From positions 1-39,769 of the forward strand of contig CAZGKP010000002.1 in assembly GCA_964526215.1 (NCBI GenBank): DNA of 39,769 nucleotides, read 5' to 3'. Shown one piece after another: positions 8,417 through 17,100 of the stretch. How positions within the stretch are numbered: the first letter of the stretch is position 1; each line of letters begins with the position of its first letter. The notes below the pieces were generated by a model, which worked only from the letters and a program-made list of their open reading frames with translations, made no database searches and was not told the origin of the DNA. Both the position numbers and the translations under genes were made by a program. The stretch is from an uncultured Candidatus Sumerlaeota bacterium. Lineage in GTDB: Bacteria; Sumerlaeota; Sumerlaeia; MWCT01.

Positions 8417-9406
8417 TTAGTCGGTTTGCCGGTCTTCCGCGAAGACCCGTCCGCCCTGGTGGCTTGGCTGTATCCAGCCCGCAAAACCGAGTTCCTCGTG
8501 CAGGCGGGCTAAAGGGCGATACTCATCCGCCTTTACCCGGCGAGAAATTTCCGGCATCTCCGGCGCCCTGTATGCCGGAAAGTATTGACTCATAAGGGCA
8601 AGATGTATCTTCGGTGAAACCTCTTTTGCTAACCAGTGAAGTGATTCTTGTGTGCCGGCGATTCCGCCCGGCAGAACCAAATGCCTTACAATCAGTCCCC
8701 GCTGCGCAACGCCTCGCTCATCGCATCGCAACACGCCAACTTGCCTGAACATCTCTTTGAGCGCCGCCCGGCTGTGTTTTACGTAATTCTCCGCACCCGA
8801 ATACTTCAGCGCCATATCATCATCGGAGTATTTAATATCCGGCAGATAAATATCGAATATGCCGTCCAGCAATCGCAAAATCTCGACGCGCTCATAGCCG
8901 CTCGTATTATAAACGAGAGGGAGGCTGAATCCGCGCGAAACGGCAAACTCAAGTGCCTGTAAAATCTGCGGCACAAAATGCGTGGGCGTAACGAAATTTA
9001 TGTTCTCACAACCGCGTCTCTGTAAATATATGAACATATCGGTAAGCTGGCTGACGCTGTATTCGTTCCCGACGCCGAGCTGGCTGATTGGATAATTCTG
9101 GCAGAAAACACAACGAAGCGTGCAATTTGTGAAGAAGATTGTCCCGGAGCCGCCTTCGCCCACAAGCGGCGGCTCTTCGCCGAAGTGTGCATTGTGGGAA
9201 GAGACAATAGGATTTGCACCGGAGCGACAGCGCCCCTTTTCCCCGGCAATACGATTCACTCTACACCGATGTGGGCAGAGCTCGCAATGCCCCAGAATAG
9301 ATGCCGCCGCCACGACTCTCCGGTGGAGTTCCCCCGAACGATACAGCGACATATATGCCGGGGCTGAAATGATATTACACTCTGTTTTTTCACTCTTCAT
9401 CTTCAC
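8417..9406 (-). CDS. Radical SAM protein, PflX-like (pyruvate formate-lyase activase-related, COG1313 type)
   Basis: CX3CX2C motif (CTLRCVFCQN) plus an N-terminal Cys cluster (CELCPHRCRVNRIAGEKGRCR). The true start is either the GTG at 9406 or the ATG at 9400. Both lie inside the left arm of the R2 repeat. Confidence 0.85.
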   Translation of the reverse strand: MKMKSEKTECNIISAPAYMSLYRSGELHRRVVAAASILGHCELCPHRCRVNRIAGEKGRCRSGANPIVSSHNAHFGEEPPLVGEGGSGTIFFTNCTLRCVFCQNYPISQLGVGNEYSVSQLTDMFIYLQRRGCENINFVTPTHFVPQILQALEFAVSRGFSLPLVYNTSGYERVEILRLLDGIFDIYLPDIKYSDDDMALKYSGAENYVKHSRAALKEMFRQVGVLRCDERGVAQRGLIVRHLVLPGGIAGTQESLHWLAKEVSPKIHLALMSQYFPAYRAPEMPEISRRVKADEYRPLARLHEELGFAGWIQPSHQGGRVFAEDRQTD

Positions 9407-9640
9407 TCTTCATCTCTGTCTTCATCTCCATTTCCGTATCTTGCTATTTCTTGCGCAATGCGCCTTCCCGACCGATTCAATAGTGCACTCGTTCTGCCGA
9501 CGATTTCGCTCAAAAGATCTTTGCCTCCTCCGAAAAGAACATAGTTGTTGCTCTCGTAAAGATGAAGATGAAGAAGGAGATGAAGTGGATGCAAGCATCC
9601 CAATCAGATGAAGATTTTATGAGGGAATATACGCGAGATT
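9391..9640. repeat. R2 element (complete): imperfect TCTTCATCT / AGATGAAGA inverted arms around a ~130-nt core
   Basis: Left arm 9391-9429 (CACTCTTCATCTTCACTCTTCATCTCTGTCTTCATCTCC). Right arm 9559-9590 (AAGATGAAGATGAAGAAGGAGATGAAGTGGATG). Flank AGATTTTATGAGGGAATATACGCGAGATTCCC is shared with the 37.7-kb copy. Confidence 0.6.
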
Positions 9641-9661
9641 CCCTATTGACTCACAGAGGAT

Positions 9662-10228
9662 TTATTTCTCTATGCCCTCGCGCGCAGGCACGCCTTTTTG
9701 ATAGTAGTGCTTTACTTCGCGCATCTCGGTAATTAGGTCGGCGCACTCTATAATTCTCCGGTCGGCATAACGTCCCGTAATCACCAACTCCACGGCAGGA
9801 GGCTTTTCGGCAACGACAGAAAGCAGGTCCTCGACTGAAAAGAGATTGAAGTGGGTGGCAATATTTGCCTCGTCGAGAATCACGATGTCGTATTTGCCGG
9901 AGCGGATAATTTCGCGAACTTCTTTCAATCCGTTTTGCGCCGCAAGGATGTCGTCGGTAGTGGGTTTATTGTGTATAAAGTTTTTGCGACCGTATTGTTT
10001 CAGCGTTACTTCCGGTGCAAGCCGTGCAATGCTTTTTAGTTCGCTGTATTTTGTTCCTTTAACGAATTGTGCAATAAAGACGTGCTTTCCTGCCCCGGCT
10101 GCACGAAGCGCCAGCCCCAGAGCGGCAGTCGTCTTGCCCTTCCCATTGCCGGTGTAAACTTGAACATAGCCTTTCATCCTATCTCTCCGGGTATTTTGTT
10201 CTTCACCCAATACCCATAATGACTTCAT
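9662..10228 (-). CDS. cobO: Cob(I)yrinic acid a,c-diamide adenosyltransferase (CobO/BtuR family)
   Basis: P-loop YTGNGKGKTTAALG, then VILDE and VITGR blocks typical of CobO/BtuR. The ATG overlaps the upstream stop (ATGA at 10225-10228). Confidence 0.9.
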   Translation of the reverse strand: MKSLWVLGEEQNTRRDRMKGYVQVYTGNGKGKTTAALGLALRAAGAGKHVFIAQFVKGTKYSELKSIARLAPEVTLKQYGRKNFIHNKPTTDDILAAQNGLKEVREIIRSGKYDIVILDEANIATHFNLFSVEDLLSVVAEKPPAVELVITGRYADRRIIECADLITEMREVKHYYQKGVPAREGIEK

Positions 10229-12522
10229 TGGGATTTAGCAGAGATTTCTCTGATGTAATCCTCGTATATTTTCTTATCGCGCAGGGGAGAATTGGCGAAT
10301 TCCACCTTGAGAATCTTGTTTTGTTTTCCACGCGTCGCCTTATTTCTGACACTTTTTGCGTGGCCGAGTAGCCGGACGGTGACGTTTGGTTCCGGCAGGG
10401 GAACCGTCATCTCCAGGACGCTATTTTTCAGGAAGTAATTCAGGGAGGCAGCCTGGACGCCGCTGATTTTCAATTCCCCGAAGTTAAGAGTAAGTTCGTC
10501 TACCGAGATATCGGTAGTATTAGCGTAGAAGAAATCGGGGGATTTTTCCTCACCGGCATCGTCGAGGAAGCGTGTGGAGACGAGGAGCTCCTTTGAGATT
10601 TTCCCCTGGGGGAGTGCCCTGGTGGGTTTGGTGGTCTTTGCGGGGGTAGGAGGGACATAACCCTTTGCGAGTTTCCGGAGGAATTCATCATACAATTGTT
10701 TTGTGGGGTCATCTGATTCGAGGAGGTCTATTGTAACAATCTTATAGAATGTTTCGTTTACGCGGCGATTCTGGATCTTTGTAATCTGTCCGAATAACCT
10801 TGCGGGTTCTTCGTATTCAGGCAGGTGGATATACGCCATAATCTGGCAGTTCTGGAGGACATAGTTAATAGAGGCGGGCTGTATGCCGGAGAGTTTAAGT
10901 GCACCGCAATCCACAACCACGTGGGTCTGAGAAATGGAGACAGTTTCCGCCTCGATGGGTGGGAGGCGGTCGGTGGCTGCACTGGTTGTATAGAGTTTCA
11001 GGGTGAAGGGGAGTCGGATTTCATATTGTGCAGGTGCAGGAGTGGGTAGGGGTGGTGGTTGCGGGGGGGGGGATATTTTTTTCTCTTTCGGTGGCTGGGG
11101 TTGGACATGAAACTGGCGTTCGGCAAGGTCAGCCACCTGTTCGGCAAGGTCGCTATTGCCGAGTTGTTTATATGTCTCAATGAGTTTTAACGTTGTCTGG
11201 TGGTTGCCGGGGCTAAATAGGAGTGCGTGAGAGAGTGCAAGTGCTGCCTCTTGATGTTTGCCTTCGGCGTTCAAGACATCGGCCATTTCGAGGCAGCGTG
11301 CAAGTGCCCCGGAGTTATCGCCGAGCTTGAAATAGCAGTGGATGAGTTTTTCAAGTATTTGAGGGGTGGGTTCACGTGCATTTTTAACGCGTTCGAGGCT
11401 GACCTGTGCTGCTTCGTAGTTGCCGGCTTGCATCAGGGCAATGGCATACTGGTATTCCTTTTTGACCAGGAGGCTTTCAAAGTTTTCAAGGCGGTTTTCA
11501 ATTTCTGTCTTAAGTTCGGCAGATGCACCTGCCTCGATAGCTTTTTGCGCACCAGTAAGTGCCTCTTTAGCCGGTTCGTAGTTCCCCAGTTTCAAAAGGA
11601 TGTCGGAGAGGTGGAGGAGAGGTGAAACGGAGTCCTGGTAACGTGAGATGCGCTTTTTGAGTTTATGAGCAACGGTTTCGAGGTGTGCCCGCTGGTCGTC
11701 ATCGAGGTCTTCGGGGATATCGGAATAGAGACCTTCAAGCATCTTCCGGCGGTTATGTTTCAGCAGAGTCTCGGTGAGTTTGAGACGCAGTGAGGGAGAG
11801 ATTGAGACGTCTTTCAGCGAATCGAGGAGGGAGTTTTCGCCCTGTGGAGCGGTTCTTGATTCATAGAAATCTGTCCACTCGGCGACAAAGATATCATCGA
11901 GTAATTTTTTAGCCTTTTCATTTTCGGGGTCAACGGAGAATATGCGTTTAAGGGCAGTTCTGGCGCCATCGTAATTTCTGTTATCAGCTACGATACTTGC
12001 TGCCTGAAGCAAGTAATCACAAGCCTTTTTCTTATTCCCCTCGCGTGTATAGACGTTTATGAGGCGGCTTATGATGACGAGGTTTCGGGGGAACTCCTTA
12101 AAGGCTGAAAGGAGCATATTTTTTGAAGCCTGCTCAAGTTCCTCTGTTGTGAGTTTTTCGGAGAAGGCGATGTACAGGTTGCGTTTTAAGACTCTGGTTT
12201 CTTCGGTTGTCTCAAGTCCCAGGACGTTGAAAATCTGAAGCCCCGCATCCTCATAGGAAAGTCTTCGCGTGAGGGCATACAGGCGGATGAGGTTACCACC
12301 TGCGTGTCCCGGACAGTGTTCGCCCATACACCGGTAAGTGTTTTCCGCGGCATTGATCTCGAGAGAGCGATTATGCGGTTCATCGTGGAGGGGACAGTGT
12401 GCTATGACGTAATCGGGCTTTTGGGCTTGTGGTTCAGGGGCAAGCTCGAGTTCTTCAAGTATTTTAGCGACGTTAAGTGCGAGGTTATATTTGTCGAGTA
12501 GTTTCTGGAGGATGGGAGACAT
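10225..12522 (-). CDS. Multidomain protein: CHC2-type zinc-finger-like N-terminus, TPR repeats, Pro-rich linker, two tandem PilZ-like modules
   Basis: CPLHDEPHNRSLEINAAENTYRCMGEHC resembles the primase CHC2 finger. The central ~400 aa is TPR-like (repeated A..Y..A....P motifs). The C-terminal duplicated ~110-aa modules share LKLSGIQPASINYVLQN / LKISGVQAASLNYFLKN. Confidence 0.7.
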   Translation of the reverse strand: MSPILQKLLDKYNLALNVAKILEELELAPEPQAQKPDYVIAHCPLHDEPHNRSLEINAAENTYRCMGEHCPGHAGGNLIRLYALTRRLSYEDAGLQIFNVLGLETTEETRVLKRNLYIAFSEKLTTEELEQASKNMLLSAFKEFPRNLVIISRLINVYTREGNKKKACDYLLQAASIVADNRNYDGARTALKRIFSVDPENEKAKKLLDDIFVAEWTDFYESRTAPQGENSLLDSLKDVSISPSLRLKLTETLLKHNRRKMLEGLYSDIPEDLDDDQRAHLETVAHKLKKRISRYQDSVSPLLHLSDILLKLGNYEPAKEALTGAQKAIEAGASAELKTEIENRLENFESLLVKKEYQYAIALMQAGNYEAAQVSLERVKNAREPTPQILEKLIHCYFKLGDNSGALARCLEMADVLNAEGKHQEAALALSHALLFSPGNHQTTLKLIETYKQLGNSDLAEQVADLAERQFHVQPQPPKEKKISPPPQPPPLPTPAPAQYEIRLPFTLKLYTTSAATDRLPPIEAETVSISQTHVVVDCGALKLSGIQPASINYVLQNCQIMAYIHLPEYEEPARLFGQITKIQNRRVNETFYKIVTIDLLESDDPTKQLYDEFLRKLAKGYVPPTPAKTTKPTRALPQGKISKELLVSTRFLDDAGEEKSPDFFYANTTDISVDELTLNFGELKISGVQAASLNYFLKNSVLEMTVPLPEPNVTVRLLGHAKSVRNKATRGKQNKILKVEFANSPLRDKKIYEDYIREISAKSQ

Positions 12523-12542
12523 CGAAAAGGAACCCCCATAAT

Positions 12543-12575
12543 AAGGAATGAGGAATGGAGAATAGTGAATTTTGG
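12543..12575 (-). repeat. R4 copy in the 5' leader of the TPR gene
   Basis: See the 18652 copy. Lies 21-53 nt upstream of the ATG at 12522. Confidence 0.5.
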
Positions 12576-12646
12576 ATTCTGCGATTTCACATAAGGCGCA
12601 TTCAGTCTTTATTGCGACATTGCGCCAGGTATCTCACACAGAAATA

Positions 12647-12676
12647 TCTATAATATTTTTGCCTTTGCGGGTTCAA
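12647..12676 (-). promoter_or_regulatory. Weak candidate promoter for the TPR-cobO operon
   Basis: Minus strand TTGAAC (12676-12671), 18-nt spacer, TATAGA (12652-12647). About 125 nt upstream of the ATG at 12522. Confidence 0.25.
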
Positions 12677-12762
12677 GAGAAAAAATCGCAAGATTTGTGA
12701 ATGCATCGTTTTTGGGATTGACAGGACGGGAACTATTCTGACAGATTTTACAATTGTTACCT

Positions 12763-12809
12763 CAACTTTCGCATTTTGGATTTTTTATCAGGTGCCTTTG
12801 CGAAAGTTG
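12763..12809 (+). other. Perfect 11-bp hairpin immediately 5' of tRNA-Gly
   Basis: CAACTTTCGCA (12763-12773) and TGCGAAAGTTG (12799-12809) are perfectly complementary, with a 25-nt U-rich loop. It ends 6 nt before tRNA position 1. Confidence 0.5.
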
Positions 12810-12815
12810 GCTAAA

Positions 12816-12891
12816 GCGGGAGTCGTTCAGTTGGTAGAACACCAGCCTTCCAAGCTGGTTGTCGCGGGTTCGAGTCCCGTCTCCCGCTCCA
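12816..12891 (+). tRNA. tRNA-Gly (anticodon UCC), CCA encoded
   Basis: Hand-folded cloverleaf. Acceptor GCGGGAG/CTCCCGC, D-arm GTTC-AGTTGGTA-GAAC, anticodon arm CCAGC-CTTCCAA-GCTGG, variable loop TTGTC, T-arm GCGGG-TTCGAGT-CCCGT, discriminator T, then CCA. Confidence 0.92.
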
Positions 12892-13010
12892 TCTTCAGGT
12901 GGGAAAAGGGCAATAAAAAAGCACACCGTCCGCCATCTCATCACTTCCATATTATCTAAATCGCCGAGTGACATAAACCGTTTTTCTGTCACGGGAATAA
13001 CCGCAGTCAA

Positions 13011-13090
13011 TTGTCCGTTGTCCGTTGTCAGTTGCAGTATCGGGGAATTCCTGATTAACATTTTTCATCCTTTTGGGAGGTCGAAGATCG
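13011..13090 (+). repeat. R1 copy B
   Basis: TTGTCCGTTGTCCGTTGTCAGTTGCAGTATCGGGGAATTCCTGATTAACATTTTTCATCCTTTTGGGAGGTCGAAGATCG. Lies 120 nt downstream of tRNA-Gly and directly upstream of the HAD gene. Confidence 0.6.
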
Positions 13091-13114
13091 AAGATTCACA
13101 GTGGAGATTTCGCC

Positions 13115-13825
13115 GTGGTAAATTATGAAAACGACATAGGTAAATTTGCCGTAATTTTTGATTCGGATGGCGTGGTTGTTGATAGCGAGCCTTTCTCGCT
13201 TCGCGCCTTCAGGGAGGCAATGGCTGAACAGGGCGCGCTCCTCACCGATGAAGATGTTATGGCAAATTGCGGTCTCACCGATGGGGACATTGTGAGTTAC
13301 GTTTCTCGTAAATATGGGAGACGCCTCGACTGTGAAAGGTTTCAGCGCCGCAAACAACAGCTCTATGAGGCAAAGGTCCGTGCGGGGGAGTTGAAGCCCT
13401 GCGCCGGAATTACCGCCCTACTCGACGCCCTCTCGACAGATGGTGTTCCTTATGCCCTTGCCTCTTCCGGCTCTCTGGATAAAATTCGCTTTAATCTTTC
13501 ACAGGTGGGGCTATTGAAGTATTTCTCGGTCATTGTAAGTGGCGAGGAGATTAAGCGCGGCAAGCCATATCCAGATATTTTTCTCACTGCATCAAGGCAG
13601 CTGGGGGTACCGCCGGATACCTGTGTGGTGATTGAGGATTCGGTGAATGGGATTGAGGCGGCGCACAGGGCACAGATGCGCTGTGTGGCAGTTGCGGGGA
13701 CATTTCCGCAAGCGGCACTTGCCGGGGCGGATTTTGTTGTTGAATCTCTTGAGCAAATCACGGTAAAGACCTTACAAATTATGGCATTGGATAAAAACTT
13801 TTACAAAGGAGGCGGGAAATGCTAA
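13115..13825 (+). CDS. HAD-superfamily hydrolase, subfamily IA (beta-phosphoglucomutase-like)
   Basis: Motif I FDSDGVVVDSE, motif II ASSG, conserved K (KRGKPYPDIF), motif IV EDSVNGIEAA. Start assigned to GTG 13115 (GGAGA SD 8 nt upstream). The track start (TTG 13073) lies inside repeat R1. Confidence 0.85.
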   Translation: MVNYENDIGKFAVIFDSDGVVVDSEPFSLRAFREAMAEQGALLTDEDVMANCGLTDGDIVSYVSRKYGRRLDCERFQRRKQQLYEAKVRAGELKPCAGITALLDALSTDGVPYALASSGSLDKIRFNLSQVGLLKYFSVIVSGEEIKRGKPYPDIFLTASRQLGVPPDTCVVIEDSVNGIEAAHRAQMRCVAVAGTFPQAALAGADFVVESLEQITVKTLQIMALDKNFYKGGGKC

Positions 13826-14106
13826 ATGAACGCTATGTCAGGGCCGTTCTGACGGTGATTGCGCTCTCACTGGCGATTCTGGCGCTGAGCGCCGTGCTGA
13901 ACCTCGTAAGCACACCCGCACAGGCGCAGCGTCCTTACAACGTGGTCAAGAAAGAGGGCCCGGGGCTTGATGTGCTCCTTATACGCGACATCCCTATTGA
14001 GGGGTTGAAAAACATCCACATCCTGGGAGACACAAAGACCTTTATCGCACAAAAATCTGACGGTTTCGCCGTTTACCGGGTTGAATTTATTGAACTGGCA
14101 AAATAA
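13819..14106 (+). CDS. Small membrane-anchored or secreted protein of unknown function
   Basis: 95 aa. Strong AGGAGG SD 8 nt upstream, and the ATG overlaps the HAD stop (ATGCTAA). N-terminal hydrophobic segment AVLTVIALSLAILALSAVLNLV followed by AQAQ. No family recognised. Confidence 0.55.
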   Translation: MLNERYVRAVLTVIALSLAILALSAVLNLVSTPAQAQRPYNVVKKEGPGLDVLLIRDIPIEGLKNIHILGDTKTFIAQKSDGFAVYRVEFIELAK

Positions 14107-14196
14107 GAAAAAATAAGCCGTAATGGCTAAATGTGCAGCCGGCGCTTGCCCTGGTACGTGTATCCAAAACGCGATGTTTCTTCAGGCTGAAGGTTT

Positions 14197-17100
14197 ATGA
14201 GTGGTGAATTGTGCATCGGGATTGATGTGGGGTCGGTGAGTGTTAATACCTTTGTAACCGACCCGAATGGTGTCCTTTGGGATGAGGGTTACCACCGGAC
14301 AAATGGTCTACCATTTCACACGGCACTTACTGCACTGGAGGAAATTGGGGGAAGGTTTTCCGCGCAGCGTGTGCTCTATGTGGCGACTACGGGGTCAGGC
14401 GGACGCGAACTTTCTGATTTGATAGGCGGGCTGTTCGTAAACGAGATTGTTGCTCAATCGCGAGCCGTTGCTCAGGAGATTCCCCACGTCCGCACCGTCA
14501 TTGAGATGGGCGGCGAGGACTCCAAACTCCTGTTTTTCAAAAAAGAAGGTGGACGGTGCGTTCTTGAGGATTTCTCAATGAACGCATTGTGTGCCGCGGG
14601 AACGGGTTCATTCCTCGACCAACAGGCGGTGCGACTCGGCGTCTCGATAGAGAAGGAATTCGGAGAGCTGGCTCTTCAATGCAAGACTCCCCCGAGAATT
14701 GCAGGGCGCTGCAGCGTGTTCGCAAAGACGGATATGATTCACCTCCAGCAGGTGGGCACGCCGGTTGTGGACATTGTGGCAGGGCTTTGCCACGCCCTGG
14801 CGCGTAATTTCAAGGCAAGCATTGGCAAGGGGAAAGCCCTTGTCCGCCCGATAGCCTTCCAGGGCGGCGTTGCCGCAAATATCGGTATGGTGAGGGCATT
14901 TGAGGACGTCCTTGGGCTGAAACCCGGCGAACTGATAAAGCCCCGTCATTTTGCATCAATGGGGGCACTCGGTGCACTCCTGATTGCGCGCGAGTCGGGA
15001 GAGGGAAGAAATTTTCACGGACTCGATCCCCTGAAGGCACATATCGCAAAACCATATACCTCGAAAGGCAACCTTACCCGCCTGGCAGATTCCTTGACCC
15101 AAAAGGGCACTCCCGTATCAATAGTCCATTTCCCACAAAACACCCGCACCCACCCGATAGATGCATACCTCGGTGTTGATGTCGGCTCAATCAGCACAAA
15201 TATTGTTGTGATAGACAAAGAACACAGGGTTCTTGCCAAGAGATACCTCGCCACTGCGAGTCGCCCGATTGCGGCAATTGCTCGCGGTCTGGATGAGATT
15301 TACGGAGAGATCGGCGACCGGATTATTATCCGCGCAGCGGGCACAACCGGTTCAGGCAGATACTTGAGCGGCGACATCATCGGCGCAGATGTGGTATGCA
15401 ATGAAATCACCGCACAGGCTATCGCCGCAATTGATATTGACCCCGGGGTTGATACCGTATTTGAGATAGGCGGGCAGGATTCAAAATACATAAGCATTGA
15501 TAATGGTGCAATTGTTGACTTTGAGATGAACAAGGTATGTGCGGCGGGCACAGGCTCTTTTTTAGAGGAGCAGGCAAAACGGCTCGAAATTGACCTCAAG
15601 AGCGAATTTGCACCGCTTGCGCTCAACGCGCATCATCCGGTTCAGCTCGGCGACCGATGCACTGTCTTTATGGAGACTGACCTCGTTCATCATCAACAGG
15701 CGGGCGCAGACAAAGCAGACCTCCTCGCCGGTCTTGCATACTCCACCGTATACAACTATCTGAACCGTGTCGTGGGCGACAAGCGTATCGGCAGACGTAT
15801 ATTTTTTCAGGGCGGCACGGCTTTTAATAAGAGCGTTGTATCGGCGTTTAACAAGATTCTGGGTCGCGAGGTGATTGTCCCACCCCACCACGAGGTTACG
15901 GGCGCAATCGGCGTCGCCATAAACGCACAGAGGCGTCGGGGAAATCGCCCATCCCTATTCAAGGGCTTTGATTTATCAAAGCGGAAATACAAACTCACGA
16001 CTTTTGAGTGTAAGGGTTGTGAAAATCACTGCGAGATACATTGCATAAAGGTCGCCGGTGAAAAACCCCTCTTCTACGGCAGCCGCTGTGGAAAGTATGA
16101 CGTTGACCGCGTTAATAAAAAACCCTCCCGCCTCCCCGACCTCTTCGCAGAACGCGAGACACTCCTTTTTGCAGTACTCAATGGCGAAATGCGGAATATT
16201 GGGACACCGGCGAATAGAGATGCCGAAAAACAATCCGCATCCCCTAATCCTCAATTTCCAATTCCTGATGCCCAACACCCCTCCACCTCACCCACCCGCC
16301 CCCCCACAAAGGGTCGCGTTGGCATCCCCCTCGCCTCCATATTTTACGACCAATTGCCCTTCTGGGGTGCATTCTTTAAGTCTCTGGGTTTTGAGGTAGA
16401 GATTTCCGGCAGAACGCACAAAGGCACCATCAACCGTGGTATAGAGGCAGCTGTTTCAGAGACCTGTTTCCCCATAAAGGTCGCGTATGGGCATATTTTA
16501 GCCCTTATGGATAAAAAGCCTGATTTCATTTTCCTACCGTGCATAGTTGATGCTCCAATGCCCGATTTCACCAGCCGCGATAAATCCTGCTTCAACTGCC
16601 CATACATCCAGACGCTGCCTTACACCGCAGATGCTGCCCTAAATTTTGCGAAATGTGGGACTCCGGTCTTTTCGCCATCGCTCTTTATGCAATCGGGTGT
16701 GGAATATATGAAGCGGGAGTTGGGGCGCTACACAGAAATCCTGAAATCGGACAGGCGCAGTATCAATCGTGCAATAGATACGGCATATCGCGCGCAGGCT
16801 GCATTTAATAAAGCCCTCATCCGGCGCGGCAGAGAGATTCTTGAAAATCTAAAACCCCGACAAATGGCAATCGTGATTGTCGGACGCCCCTACAACACCT
16901 GCGATTCGGGTGTTGATATGGGTTTGCCCGAAAAATTGCTCGGTATGGATATACTCCCCATCCCTATGGATATGTTGCCGATAGATGAAGTGCCGCTGGA
17001 TGCCTCCTGGCGGAATATTTACTGGCTCTATGGATTGCGTATCCTGAAGGCGGCGCGAATTATCCGCGAACGTCAGTGCCTCTATCCACTCTATGTAACA

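Noticed and set aside
9391-9640. CRISPR array or other spacer-containing repeat locus, suggested by the reiterated GATGAAG/TCTTCATC units (also at 32731, 37597 and 17305).
   Set aside because: The units are 6-9 nt, contiguous and arranged as inverted arms. They are not 25-40-nt direct repeats separated by unique spacers. No cas genes are present.
9407-9661. Cobalamin riboswitch associated with cobO.
   Set aside because: cobO is on the minus strand and is translationally coupled to the upstream TPR gene. This spacer is therefore downstream of cobO, not its leader. It is fully accounted for by the R2 element, and no B12-box-like sequence was seen here or upstream of the TPR gene.
12649-12654. 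A perfect TATAAT on the plus strand, considered as a promoter for tRNA-Gly.
   Set aside because: There is no acceptable -35 at 16-19 nt spacing and no extended -10 TG. It lies 160 nt from the tRNA and is retained only as a note within the hairpin finding.
12762-13061. A 99-aa minus-strand ORF and the related 8180-8398 ORF, which share the peptide ..S(P/R)ILQLTTDNGQ..
   Set aside because: The shared peptide is simply the translation of the R1 repeat. The 12762 ORF also runs antisense through tRNA-Gly, and the 8180 ORF runs antisense through the LacI 3' end.
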